From the NCBI GenBank assembly GCA_951406725.2, contig OX597817.1:147250001-147314000 (forward strand): DNA of 64,000 nucleotides, written 5' to 3'. Numbering within the stretch: position 1 is the first letter of the stretch; every line of letters starts with the position of its first letter. Position numbers and translations under genes: made by a program. The notes below the pieces were generated by a model. The model was not told the origin of the DNA. It worked only from the letters and a program-made list of their open reading frames with translations, and made no database searches. This stretch comes from Octopus vulgaris (taxonomy: Eukaryota). This document shows, in pieces, positions 44,245 to 59,300 of the stretch.

Positions 44245-44570
44245 AGATGGCGAGCTGGAAGAATCATTAGCGCGCCAGACAAAATAGTTTGCACCATTTC
44301 TTCCGGCTATTTACGTTCTTTGTTGCAGCAGTCCATGGTCTTACAAACTTTATAGCTCACACATAGTATTGAGTATCTGTTATGATGTCGGCATTTTGAT
44401 ACCCGGCGCGAATCATCACCAAGTTTAAGATGAAACTCCGCCGAGGTCGACATTGTCTTTCGTTATTTTGGGATCGATAAAATAAGTACCGGTTGAGTAC
44501 CGGGGTTGATATAATCGACTTACATTTCCACCACAATGGCTGGCCTTGTGACAAAGTTTGAAAGCATTAG
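44245..44570 (+). mobile_element. SINE family B interrupted by a ~110-bp foreign insert
   Basis: Head GGCGAGCTGG; resumes at CTCCGCCGAGGTCGAC. Confidence 0.75.
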
Positions 44571-45424
44571 TTGAAGGATATTTAGCTCCTGTTACTAGCA
44601 GGTTCAGCGACCATGTTGAGGATCTCTCGTTGGTTCAAATAATGATAAATATCTTAGTGCGCTGCTATATTCTTTCAGCGGATTGCATTAATGGCGGAGA
44701 TATTTTCCAATAAATGTAACTACATCTCAGCTCACCTCGGGTCATTCTTGTAAAAGTATGATCGACAGAACGACATTTCATATTCTCTGCAACAAGATAC
44801 CGGAACTTCAAAGTATAAAGTATACCTATGTTCACAAAGATATATGTATATATAAATGAAGATGCTTATGCATACACACACTGCCGAGATATACGTATGC
44901 AAATATTATATAAATATATTTATATATTTTAGATATACCCATCAATACTCTTGATAAAAGCATTTTGACGATCAGTAACGGGAATCCATTCAAAAATTGA
45001 ATATCGTTTCTCGATGTTTTCTTTTACATCACATTTTGTATATTTTTGAATTCCTATAATTCAGAACTCTAAGAATTTGATTACCATTTTATTTTAAAAG
45101 AAAAGAATATAAAGTTGTATAAAAGGGTCTATATCTGTTTTTGCGTTTTTAGGACTTTCACAAGATACGTTTTAACGATGACAATCTTAAAAGGATATGG
45201 GAATAAAAATTGCATGTTTCGGCATATGAAATAATATCGTTATAAAGCTTCGTTTGAATATTCAAAATAAAAATATTCTGTTTAGAATGGCATACCGATC
45301 CTTAGCGAACACCTTGTGTTTTCGAGAAAAGGTTTGTTTTCTATGTTCTTATTCATTCATAAGGCTTTTACACGTAAGCGAATACGCGGATATACAAATG
45401 AACCCGCTCCTACGTATATATATA

Positions 45425-45920
<496 letters not shown>

Positions 45921-47384
45921 ATATAGACAAATATACACACATACACACACATACTTATTAATACACACAAGCAAACAGCAACACAATTTCTGTTACGGTA
46001 TTCGTCGTTATCTTAATGGTGTAACACAAAGCATCGCTTCCATCACGTATATATAGACATCTCTTCGACTTTTATATGGCAGTTTGCATGGAACGAAAAG
46101 AAAACATCCAAATATCAAACAATTTTAAAAAATCGAAAAATATCAGCTCGGTTATGGCTGGGAGATAACTGATTACTCAGAGTAGCAACCCTCAGCTCCC
46201 ACTATGACCTCGAAGAACCTCCGGACGCTGGCACATTCATTCCTTATTGGGTTCTTCAGAAGATCTTCGAACACCCCCTTGGCCTTGGCCCGTAGTTCGG
46301 TGTTGGCTTTCCAGGTAGGGCGGTTGGAGTATTTCTCGACCGCCTCCACCCCACAGTATACCGTGGGAGCTAGGAGACCAGAAATTGAGGCTGGTGAACT
46401 CGTACACATTTTTCGACAACCACTGCTGGCCCTTTCCTGGAGTATGACAAGGAGCTGAATCCTACTGGCACATATATATCTTTACAACAGCAACCCTTTC
46501 TACCCAGGTGCTGACCACATTTTCTAGCCGTCTAAATCGAGCTTAAGCACCTGTTGAAAGATCTGTGGATGAATTCCGGCATGAGGACACAATCAGAATG
46601 CCTGCTGTATCCCTTTTTGCTGGCCTCAGCTTTCTAGTCCCTGTTGCAGCAGTTCATGTCACGGCTTACAGCCTTTATAGCTTACACATAGTAATGAGTA
46701 TCTGTTATGATGTCGGCATTTTGATACCCGGCGCGAATCATCATGAAGCGGAGAACTTTTCCCAATATACTGATTGCTTCGAATCTTCCATGTAAGTCAA
46801 CATTTTCTCAATTACAATTTTAGTCTTTAAGCTCTCCAACACCGTTGACTGTTCACCATTAACTTTTCTCCTGTAAAAAAAAATGGAGATATCAAAAATT
46901 GTCAAATTTAGCGCAACACCTTGTGTAAGGTCATTTCTTGATTCGCTTTTTTTTTCAGTTGAATTTGTTTGTATTAATATATCGTCAGACGTGTGTACCG
47001 ATTACATTAAAGAATAAAGATCATGCCAAGCGATTGATTTGTTTGGTGAGGGGTAACAATGTCAATGTATTGGGAAATAAAATTTCTCGCTCCACTTAGT
47101 TACGACGCTTAACAATTTCAGTTCAAATCCTGCCGGATTGGAGTCTGGTTTTCACTCTAATCAAGTCTATAGAACCAGTCAAGTACTTCATCCGTCATCC
47201 AAAAAGTACCGTCACCTGGTACCTTTAGTGGAGTCCCTGCTGCTGTAAGCATTCGATCCAAATCTATGAAATGATGGTTTACTCTCGGAGTTAAAGTTTA
47301 AGACAAGTGACTATTTCATCTTCAAATATTTCCAGCCTAGGCTTATTTTCGAACTCATCATCATCATCATCATCATCATCATCG

Positions 47385-47421
<37 letters not shown>

Positions 47422-47464
47422 CGTCGTCGTCATCATCATCATCATCATCATCATCATTATTGCA

Positions 47465-47775
47465 TTTGTACAGCTTCTAACGCTGGAGATGTACAACAGT
47501 CTCAGCTGTTCACTACTAGTGAACTAAGGTAACACCTCTTATTTTTCGAGCAGCTTCCGGAGTATTCGAGCGGTTCCAAGCAGTGCTGTTTTCTGCAAAT
47601 GCTCCACCCTTATTGCAGCCCCTATTTGTTCCACGTGCTTCTCGAGATTTTTACTCCCAGGGCTCTGACAATTATTGGTACCACCCACAACTTTTTCATC
47701 GACAACAACTGCTTAACCTCCTAAGCTAATCTGTCATACCTATCGACGTTTCTTTCTTCCTTATCGCATACCTTG
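47465..47775 (-). mobile_element. Dong/R4 3' end, divergent family
   Basis: VVPIIVRALG...QKTALLGTARILRKLLE on the minus strand; adjacent (TTA)n. Confidence 0.75.
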
Positions 47776-47794
47776 TCAGCTATATTATTATTAC

Positions 47795-48778
<984 letters not shown>

Positions 48779-49327
48779 GAGTGAGAGAACAGTGCATGCC
48801 ATCAAAGTGACACTGGGGTATAATATACGGAGCCCAGTATACCCATCATGACTACCCGTCTGATAAGAGTACACCAGGCACATGTATCACAACCATATGT
48901 ACGCGTCATGGTGATATCATATCAAGATAGACAGCGCATGACCTTGCAGGTGGGGCCCAGTTAGACTTTTTATTCTGGTCGAGTAGCCCATGCCGCTCAA
49001 AAGGTCCCTGAATAAGGATTGTTTAAGGATGCTGAACAAACCATCCATGTTTCCAAAGGTGAATTATCCAACTCTCCAAGAATTCGTTTTTACACTCGGC
49101 TATGATGCTCCCCCACTACTTCTGCTCATGATCAGAGATGCACATCATCAGCCACTAAGGGACATGCTCAACTGGTTATGGTCAAACAACTGACAAGCCA
49201 ATCTGTGATATTGAGCAGAATATTTACTGTAGCCCATCTTTTATACAAAGACAAAACAATATACATGATAACACTTCCAATCAGTTAAGATAAGAAGCCA
49301 TGAGAGCCACTGTCTGGTACTGCATCG
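48779..49327 (-). mobile_element. ~500-bp (TAA)n-associated element, full copy
   Basis: Matches 19711-20205. Confidence 0.88.
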
Positions 49328-49347
49328 TTATTATTATTATCATTATT

Positions 49348-49519
<172 letters not shown>

Positions 49520-50591
49520 AGAGCGTTGTTGTTATAGTAATCATCGTCATCAGTATTGTTATCATCATAAAGGCAATGTGCTGACAGAGTGGTTAAGACT
49601 CGGAGAAAATTCTTAAGGTCATTTCTTCCAAAAGATCAGTTTTGTTTTTCATTCTTTCGAGGTTTTTACTATTCCGCCGTGTTTACCAATACCGTCCATT
49701 CATTCGGGGTCGATAAAATAAGTATCAGTCATGCACTGCAACTGACTATTCCTTTTCCCACCACAAAATTGCTGGCTTTTGCGCCTAAATATAGAACTAT
49801 GATTTATATTCAATTACTGGCACAATCATTCTTAACACGTCTAGGCACGTTTATGTCTTAGATGAATAACGTCTCCCTTCTATGACAACAGTGTGTTCAA
49901 CATACTCGGTTCATTGGCGCACAGCATTTTGAGACAACGGTGTTTCGACGTTAGATGTCTCGTCGGCCACAAGTAGCCGGAACTCTGAACCTAAACAAAA
50001 CCAGTGGTTTTGTGGAAACTCTCAGTGAACTCAGCCGTGAAAACCGAGTTTCTATTGACCACCAGCTGTATTTAACGTGATCTTCAAGAAGGTTGTGTGT
50101 TTGTAAGCCGCGTCTATCTTTCTTTGTTTTGTCGTTTGTAAAATTTGATATTTTCTTCTGTTCTGCACAACATGCCTTTTTATAAGTGAGTTATGTTACT
50201 TGTTACTTACTTGTGTTACGTGGAGTATTGCGTATCCTGTGTGAGCTGAAGCTCTCTTGTGTGGGAGACACGGTGTTGTGTATGAGTTGTGTCTAACAGA
50301 GATAGTTTGTTTTTTAGAATATGTGTAACTGTAAGCTCTTGTATGTTTGTCCATGGTATTCTTTATCATCACTAGAGCTGTAATTATTGTTATTGATATA
50401 GTTTTCAATTTCATACAGTGTATTATTTTTATTTCTACATATGCTTTGATAGTTTCTGGACCTAGGAAACCATCAGAATACAAAGATTCTGGTCTTTCTT
50501 TGAGGTTCACCTTGATGTTGTTGCCAGTCTGGCACAGGTATATCCCAAACGGCCATAGCCAGCGCGTTTCCGTATGCACTGTTTGGAACAT

Positions 50592-50915
50592 AGTGAAGGC
50601 GCGTGGCTTAGTGATTAGGGTATTCATCTTGCGATCGGAAGAGCGTAAATTCGATTCCCGGCGGCACAGTGTGCCCTTGAGCAATATACTTTATTTCATT
50701 TTGCTCCAGTCCAGTGAGCTGGCAAAATTGATTAGCACCTGTAATTCAAAGGGCCAGCCTTGTCACATTCTGTGTCACATTGAAACTCCCCGAGAACAAC
50801 GTTAAGGGTTTGCGTATCTGTGGAGTACTCTGCCACTTGTGCGTTAAATTCCACGAGCAGGCTGTTCCGTTGATTGAATCAACTGGAACCGTTATAGTTG
50901 TAACCAGCAGAGTGA
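50592..50915 (+). mobile_element. SINE family C with TSD TTTGGAACATA
   Basis: Sequence match plus TSD. Confidence 0.85.
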
Positions 50916-51500
50916 CACTTTGGAACATACTAATACACCATCTAAGCTTAAAGTTGAAGTACGCAACTACTGATGCGATCAAGTCTCTAGATATGCTCTG
51001 AGGTTGTTTTGCAAATTAGTTACTTTTACTCATAGAACTGATTCCATAGTCTGCTTGATTCTTGCCTGTTTCATTTATTTTTTGTGGATTGGTAATGAAC
51101 AACTGCAATTAATATCAGACGTTCTGTTGTGCATGTGGCCAGTTGTTTGTTTTGTTTAATTTTCATTCTGAATTCTTGCTATGAAATGTTCTATTTGTGG
51201 TAGGTCTTCTATTGTTTATTATGAATTTCCGGATATTTGCTAATGAATTTAGATTTATTTTTATTGGACGTTTTGCGAGAATATGTGGTTGAAAAGCTTA
51301 AGAAATGATAATTTCCTGTTAGGCAAAGCTCTTATCAACATCTTCGCGAATTGCTTTCAGAGGAAAAAACAAAAATGAATATGAATGGATAGAATTTTAG
51401 TGGCTATATGAACATACCCCATGTGGTTGTAGGCTAAGGATAACTACTCACAGAAAATACATGCCTACCGAGTAAGAGCAATCAAAGTATGCATGTAGGA

Positions 51501-51909
51501 GAGCTGGCAGAATCGTAAGACCGCCGAGCGAAATGCGTAGCCGTATTTCGTCTGCCGGTACGTTCTGAGTTCAAATTCTGCGAGGTCGACTTTGCCTTTC
51601 ATCCTTTCGGGGTCGATTAAATAAGCACCAGTTACGCACTGGAGTCGATGTAATCGACTTAATCCGTTTGTCTGTCCTTGTTTGTCTTCTCTGTGTTTAG
51701 CCCCTTGTGGGCAGTATAGAAATAGGTATTTCGGCTGCTGTTACGTTCTGAGTTCAAATTCCGCCGAGGTCGAATTTGCCTTTCATCCTTTCGGGGTCGA
51801 TAAATTAAGTACCAGTTACGCACTGGGGTCGATATAATCGACTTAATCCGTTCGTCTGTCCTTGTTTGTCCTCTCCATGTTTAGCCCTTGTGGGCAATAA
51901 AGAAATAAG
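51501..51909 (+). mobile_element. Nested/tandem SINE family B with ~23-bp TSD
   Basis: TSD AATCAAAGT(A/T)TGCATGTAGGAGA; internal junction GAAATA|GGTATTTCG. Confidence 0.9.
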
Positions 51910-52114
51910 AATCAAAGTTTGCATGTAGGAGAATGATTTTTGCTGTTATTTTGTGTTTTTCTGTTCTGTTACTTTTACACATTATCCTCCATTTAGTGTG
52001 TCTCTCTAGTGTTATCGTTGATTTCACCATTTTACGCGAAGAAAGTCAGCCAATGTTTCCTGTCCTTTGTTTTCCGATGTAATTCCCTTTCATATTTTCG
52101 GAGTCGATACAATA

Positions 52115-52465
52115 ATCCTTTCTACTATAGGTGCGAGGACTGAAATTTGGGTGGGGGAGGGGGCCAGTTGTTTAGATCGACCTCAGTACTCAAGTGATAC
52201 TTAATTCATCGACCCCGAAAAGATGAAAGGCAAAGTAGACCTCGGCGGAATTTGAACTCAGAACATAAAAACAGACGAAATACCTATTTCTTTACTACCC
52301 ACAAAGGGCTAAACACAGAAGGGAAAGCAAAGACAGACAAACGGAGTAAGTCGATTATATCAACCTCAGTGCGTAACTGGTACTTATTTAATCGACCTGC
52401 GAAAGGATGAAAGGCAAAATCGACCTCGCGGAATTTGAACTCAGAACGTAGCGGCAGACGAAATA
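52115..52465 (-). mobile_element. Nested SINE family B pair
   Basis: Junction GAAATA|GGTATTTCG on the minus strand near 52280. Confidence 0.85.
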
Positions 52466-52466
52466 T

Positions 52467-52730
52467 TTGAGCATAATCCTATGAACCAAAAGGTAAAAAA
52501 CGAAAGTAAAAAGAGAGCCACTGTGTTTTCTTTTGAATGTGTTTTCTTTTGAATGACACTATTGCCCAAAGTCCCCGTGGTATTTTCCGTAGGCTTTTCT
52601 GTTCACGGACAAACCTAATCCGTTTTCCCTTTTTACATTGACATTGCTGTGATACACGATCCCTATTGATCGACCCCACTATTTTTTCTTTTTTTTTTCA
52701 TGATCCCTTTTGATCGGAATTCGATCAAAA
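52467..52730 (+). mobile_element. L1/Tx1 3' UTR fragment
   Basis: TTGAGCATAATCCTATGAACC and ACACGATCCCTATTGATCG match 27874-28190. Confidence 0.8.
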
Positions 52731-53078
52731 TAAATATGCTTGGATTTGATGTATAAAATATATATACGTATATCTATTTCTTTTATTCTTTTACTTGTTT
52801 CCGTCATTTGACTGCGGCCATGCTGTAGCACCACCTTGAGTCCAATAAATCGATCCCAGAATTTATTCTTTCTAAGCCTAGTACTTATTTTATCGGCCTA
52901 TTTTGTCGAACCGCTACGCACCAGTTATATACCTGTTTGTCTTTTTCTACTTCTATCTTTACAGAGCGTCAAGCTAACACAGTCCATGTGTAAGTTCCTC
53001 TGTCTTTTGTTCTTTGTGATTTTCAATTTTTAATTTTCGATATATATATGTAAATATACATGTATAGTTTATATAAAT

Positions 53079-53117
<39 letters not shown>

Positions 53118-54014
53118 TGCACATACAATTTCAATATGGTGCAAATAATTCAGGAGAAAATATTTGCGACGATATCATTGACTCTGTTATTATCTAGTGT
53201 AATAATTTAACAATGATAATAACAGAATCAATAATATAGGCGATATCAGGCCCCCAAAAAGCATTAAATAGCTGAAAGAGTAAAATTAATCAAAGAACAT
53301 ATTAAGTATGTCTACCTGCTCGAAATAACAGTCAAAACTCTTATTTCCATCAAGTAGACATACTTAGTATGTCCTTTGATCAATTTTATTCTTATATGTA
53401 TATGTGTGTGTGTGTATACACATACAATCACGCACCCGCACGCGCGCAATCACACACATATTTATATATGTATGCATATATCAGGGAATCCATGGAAAGA
53501 TCGATGCATATCAAAGTGAAGCATGCAATATATTGGCTAAATAGAACGATGCAAATGATTCAGTTAAGTTATGCATTAGCATAATACGAAATGCATCGAT
53601 GGAGGGAAGTTCTCTGTTGTTAGATAAACCACAAGGCCGACTCTGCATTTCGATCTTTCGGTGTCGATAACATGAATAACATTTGGGGAACTGGGGGGAG
53701 GGTCAACGTAATCGACTTAAATACTTCTGGGTGTCAGTACAAAAAATGCATCCTTTTGCCAAGCCAAATCGAGCAATTGATGTAGAGGAGGTTCAACAAA
53801 AATTCGGCTTTATCGTTGAAGATATCAACATGGGCAGATAATCTAGAAAGTGAAATATTTTTACTTAAATTGCTTGTAATAGCCTTTTAATGATTACTGA
53901 AAGAGCTAATATATTTTAAATTAGTGGAGGGTTTATGGTATAGGAAATATGAATCATTATATATGTAGGAAGTATGAAGATTTGAATAACACCTGTGTTT
54001 AAGTACATGTCTTG

Positions 54015-54050
<36 letters not shown>

Positions 54051-54129
54051 TAATATATATGTATATATATAAGGATATGTATATATGCATATACGTACAC
54101 ACACAGGCACCAACACACATACGCACATA

Positions 54130-54642
54130 CACACACACGCACACACACAATCACAAAATAATGATAAAAAGAAACTCAGACAATTTTATGAGAAGTGACA
54201 TTTTACCCCCCCACCCCGACCCCTTGAAGTGGCCAGGTAAGTTTGCCAATTTCTAAAAGCGAAAAATCATTTACTGACCAGTTACAAAAATATAAACACA
54301 CTTTTTTCCCTCTCTCTCCTCCTCCTCCTTCCTTTTATTCCCCTTTCCCATTTAACACTCCTTTCAGACACGCAGACACCCCCCACACACATACACGCAT
54401 ACACACCCTTTCACAAGAAGGATAAAAAGGAAATCCAGACAATTTTTTGAAAAGTGAGATTTTGCCCCCCCCCTCTCCCTTGGAGTGACCAGCTTGATTT
54501 ACCATTGCTAAAAGCTAAGAGGTGATTGTTATTGACAAACAGACAAACTGCAAAGATATCAACACATTTTTTCCTTCTTTCTCTCCTTCTTCCTTTCCTT
54601 CTCTCTTTTTCTCTAACACTCTTTTCAGATCCAAAAACACAC

Positions 54643-54673
<31 letters not shown>

Positions 54674-54960
54674 TGTAGACACACACACACACGTACAATT
54701 ACACACACACTTTCTCACAAGACAATGATAAAAAGGAAATCCAGACAATATATTGAAAAGTGACATTTTGCCCACCTTGGAGTAAACAGCTGATTTTGCC
54801 ATCACCAAAAGCGAAGAATCAATTATTATTGACAACCTAACCAGCTACAAAGAGACCAACAAAAAAATTCTTCTTTCTCTCCCTTTTCTTCGTTTCCTTC
54901 TTTTTTTTACACCTACTTTCAGATACAAAAAAACACACACACACACGCTCTCACATACAT
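54130..54960. repeat. Three diverged tandem units of ~260-300 bp
   Basis: GATAAAAAG..CAGACAAT..AAGTGA.ATTTT.CCC repeated near 54163, 54421 and 54727. Confidence 0.85.
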
Positions 54961-55208
54961 GCTCTCTATCACTTTCTCCCCATTCATCACCCTCTTGTAC
55001 TATCTTATATCTCTCCCCACCACTACACACTCAATAATACTATAAAAAGAGTCAAAATTCCTGCAAAAACTTAGATCAATTTGAAGACTCCACTAGAATG
55101 GACGAAAGTGCTAATATATGATATATGACTTATGATGTATAAAAACATATAACATATAATAAATATCTGTAAATATAAAACCATCCGGATTCCTGAGTAC
55201 CTCATTTC

Positions 55209-55241
<33 letters not shown>

Positions 55242-55254
55242 TCTTTTATTCTTT

Positions 55255-55680
55255 TCTTCTTTTACTTGTTTCAGTCATTTGACCGCAGCCATGCTAAAGT
55301 ATTGCCTTCAGTCGAACAAATCGATCGCGCGACTTATTTCTTGTAAGTGTAATGCTTATTCTAACGGTCTGTTTTGCCGAACCGCTTAGTTACAGGGACG
55401 GAAATGCACTAATATCGGTTGTCAAGTGATAGTGGGTGACAAAGACAGACACACAAATACACACACACACATATTTACACACACACACATATACACACAC
55501 ATACACACACATATACGACCGACTTCCTTCAATTTCGGTCTAGCATATCCACTCATAGGGCTTTGTTCAGACCGAGTGTATAGTGGAAGACATTTGCCCA
55601 ATGTGCGATGCAGTGGGACTAAACCCGGAACCAAGTGGTTAGGAAGCAAGCTTCTTACCATACAGCCACGCCTGTGCCTA
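55255..55680 (-). mobile_element. SINE family A, full length
   Basis: Sequence match. Confidence 0.85.
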
Positions 55681-55974
55681 TATGTGCATACAACGAGGGG
55701 GTGCTTTAAAATTCCTCGCTTTCGGTAAAAGAAAATACAGGAGGACCAGTGGACTATGATTCTTTTCAATATATTCCTCACTCAGTTTCATACAATTATT
55801 GCAACGGTCTTTCATTAAACGGTCTTTCATTAAACGAACTCTTACCTGGCCTTTCGTGTCACCCTTTAAGCCAGGAAACTTCCAGCACCCCGTCGTGTGT
55901 ATATATGTATGTAAGTATGAATATATATGTATGTATGTTTGTATGTACGTGTGTGTATATATATATATATATAT

Positions 55975-56164
55975 AGGGAGAGTTTACGAAAAAAACAAAA
56001 GACGAAGACAGGTGGTGTACAAAACAAACAGATGTATTAGTATAACGCTCAGGAATAGAGAAAGTCTTTTACGTTTCGTGTCTACGCTCTTCTACAGAAA
56101 GGGACACAGAAAAACAAGGAGAGAAAAAATGTGTGTAGTGGCTTACGATCTATCATGGCGACCA

Positions 56165-56166
<2 letters not shown>
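55975..56166 (-). mobile_element. Penelope-like pseudo-LTR fragment with variant minimal hammerhead, in (TA)n
   Basis: Minus strand CUUU-CUGUAGA-AGAGCGUAGACAC-GAAA-CG-UA-AAAG at 56064-56101. Confidence 0.55.
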
Positions 56167-56200
<34 letters not shown>

Positions 56201-56309
56201 ACCTGCTCGCTTAGTCAGCGGGGTGGCGTCATTCGAAGGCTAAAACAATGCGAACGCATTGTGACCAGCGATGTGTAACAACATCTGATGGTCTGGTCGG
56301 TCACGTGAT

Positions 56310-56347
<38 letters not shown>

Positions 56348-56943
56348 TATATATATATATGTTTGCATGTATGTAAGAACGTTTCAATGAACGTATATGA
56401 TATCCTATTTTGTTAATATCGTATGCCTTTTAAAGTATCATTTCAAACGCTTTACTTCCCATAGTCATCTCGGGAATAATTTGTTGTTTTTCGTTGTCGT
56501 ATGCCATTTTAATGACTTCTTGATAGTGTTATCGAAGTGATGACTTCTGCTTGTAATGGATTCCTAGAATTATCTTTTGATGTTCAGTGATCTTAGCTCT
56601 TATCATGTCTCCTAAAATACATACATTCACACATACATACATACATACATGCATACATACAGATATACATTAATATATGAATATATATGTGTATATATAT
56701 ATATATATATGTGTGTGTGTATATATATATATCGATACACACACACCCATATCTATCTATCTATCTATCTATCTATTTATCTATATCTCTCTCTTTATAT
56801 ATATATACATATATATATATATGCATATATATATATACATTCACACATTCAAACACACGTACATATATACATACATACATACATACATACATACATACAT
56901 ACATACATACGTACGTACATACATATATATGTATATGTATATG

Positions 56944-56976
<33 letters not shown>

Positions 56977-57115
56977 GTATATATACATAGATACACACAC
57001 ATATATATATATATATTTATATATATAAATACATATATCGTTTCCCCACTCTAATTGTCTGCCTATCTACCTACTTATTTTCTATCTATACATCTAACTG
57101 TATATACGTATGTAC

Positions 57116-57152
<37 letters not shown>

Positions 57153-57492
57153 TGCACGCATACACATACACACACACACAGTCACACACACAGCTTTAAA
57201 CCTACCAGCCCATTTATATCTACAAACAAGCACTCAATGATATATAATTATAGAACGTTACCAATGATCACTATCTCATTGCAAGTTTCGCTCCGAATTA
57301 TTCACTGTCAGCGTTATTTTGTCAGCTCTCTAATGGTTTCCTATACACTTTAAACTGTTCGAGATTTTACAACTACTTTTTTCTTTTCTCTGTATTATAG
57401 TAATAATAATATAGTATTTCTCAAATATTCTAGGGCCTTCAGAGATTTCGTTATTTACTAATGCTCAGATGATTTTTTTCCCTAGAGTTGCA

Positions 57493-57574
<82 letters not shown>

Positions 57575-57579
<5 letters not shown>

Positions 57580-58125
57580 TAGTTTTATTTTTATAGCGTA
57601 CTTTCACTTCACTACCGAGCGCAGCTGTGTGCCTTGGGTATGTACTGTGATTTGTTGTGATGCTCTGATGGTTATTGTCTGGAAAGTGTTCTGCGTAGGA
57701 TGTGTGCAGTGCCTAGTAGTGCAATTTTCTGTATGTTATATGTGTTTGTAAGTCCTGATGTTTTTGTTATGTATTTGTCTGAATATTTTTTTATCATGCC
57801 TAATGCATCTATTATGATAGGAATTGTTTCTGTTTTTAGATTCCACATTCTGGTTACCTCTATTTCCAGGTCTTTGTATTTTGAGAGTTTCTCCATTTCT
57901 TTTAGAGACACGTTGTCATCCGCTGGTATTGATACATCATTTAGGAAACATTTTTTTTTCTTCATGATCTCTGACAACTATATCTGGTCTGTTGGCCTTA
58001 ATTTCTCTATCTGTGTGTATTGGTATATCCCAGAGTATGGTTGCTTTCTCGTTTTCTGTGACATTTTCTGGTGTGTGCCTATACCATCTTTTCTGTTGTT
58101 ATTTCATAATGTTGGCATAGTTTCC
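57575..58125 (-). mobile_element. Dong/R4 LINE 3' fragment
   Basis: ORF 57672-57977; (TTA)n flanks. Confidence 0.92.
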
Positions 58126-58128
58126 ACT

Positions 58129-58219
<91 letters not shown>

Positions 58220-58271
58220 TATTATTATTGTTATTATTATTATTATTATTATCAGTATTATTATTATTATC

Positions 58272-58673
58272 CTCTTTACTCTTTACTCTTTTACTTGTTT
58301 CAGTCATTTGACTGTGGTCATGCTGGAGCACCGCCTTTAGTCGAGCAAATCGACGCCAGGACTTATTCTTTGTAAGCTTAGTACTTATTCTATCGCTCGC
58401 TTTTGCCGAACCGATAAGTTAGTTACACACCAGCATCGGTTGTCGAGCGATGTTCGGAGTACAAACACAGACACACAAACACACACACACATACATATCT
58501 ATATACATATATACGACGGGCTTATTTCAGTTTCCGTCTATCAAATCCACTCACAAGGCTTTGGTCGGCTCAAGGCTATAGTAGAGGACACTTGGTGCCA
58601 AGGTGCCACGCAGATGGACTGAACCCGGAACCATGTGGTTCGTAAGCAAGTTACTTACCACACAGCCACTCCT
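58272..58673 (-). mobile_element. SINE family A, full length
   Basis: Sequence match. Confidence 0.9.
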
Positions 58674-58989
58674 CTTTTAATTTTGTTTCCATTTCTTACC
58701 GTGTGTCTTCTCGACACCTGGGACAAAGTAACTCGCTGTATAGATTGGTTGGCCAATAAAATAAATACACCAGATTGTTCATTAAGAAATTCATTTGAGA
58801 GAAAATAAGAGTGGAAGAAGGAAAGGAAGAAAGAAAGAATGAAAGAAAGAAAAAGGAGAAAACATTCAAAAATAAAAAAGCAAATGAAAACAAAAAGCAC
58901 AGAAAATAAAGGGTAAAAAGAAAAAAATCACAGCGATAATGTTCTTCTCAGTACGAGAGGCATAGCAGTTAAAACAATTTCTTGCACTT

Positions 58990-59300
58990 CTTCCATGGAT
59001 GATAAGCCAGGTATCATCCTCAAATAATTTTCAGTTCGTTCTTTCATCATTGCAAATGCTTCTACAACCATCGGTATTGTAGCCGTCTTTAGATGCCACA
59101 TATTTTTCGATTTTAATCAGCAAATCTTTATATTTTCTGAGCTTATCAAATTCTTTTGCAAGATATTATGATAACTAGGTATGCTCATGCCAATCAATAA
59201 ACAGATTTTATTGTTTTGATCTTTCATAACAACATCTGGTTGATTAGCTTTTATGGTCTGGTTTGTATGTCCTAGAAACTCTCAAAGAACCGTTACATTT
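58990..59300 (-). mobile_element. Old Dong/R4 RLE fragment
   Basis: TIKANQPDVVMKD...LLIGMSIP...EFDKLRKYKDL on the minus strand. Confidence 0.7.

Noticed and set aside
46173-46640. GC-richer stretch with short ORFs
   Set aside because: Possibly a decayed LINE ORF1, but no motif I can defend; left unannotated
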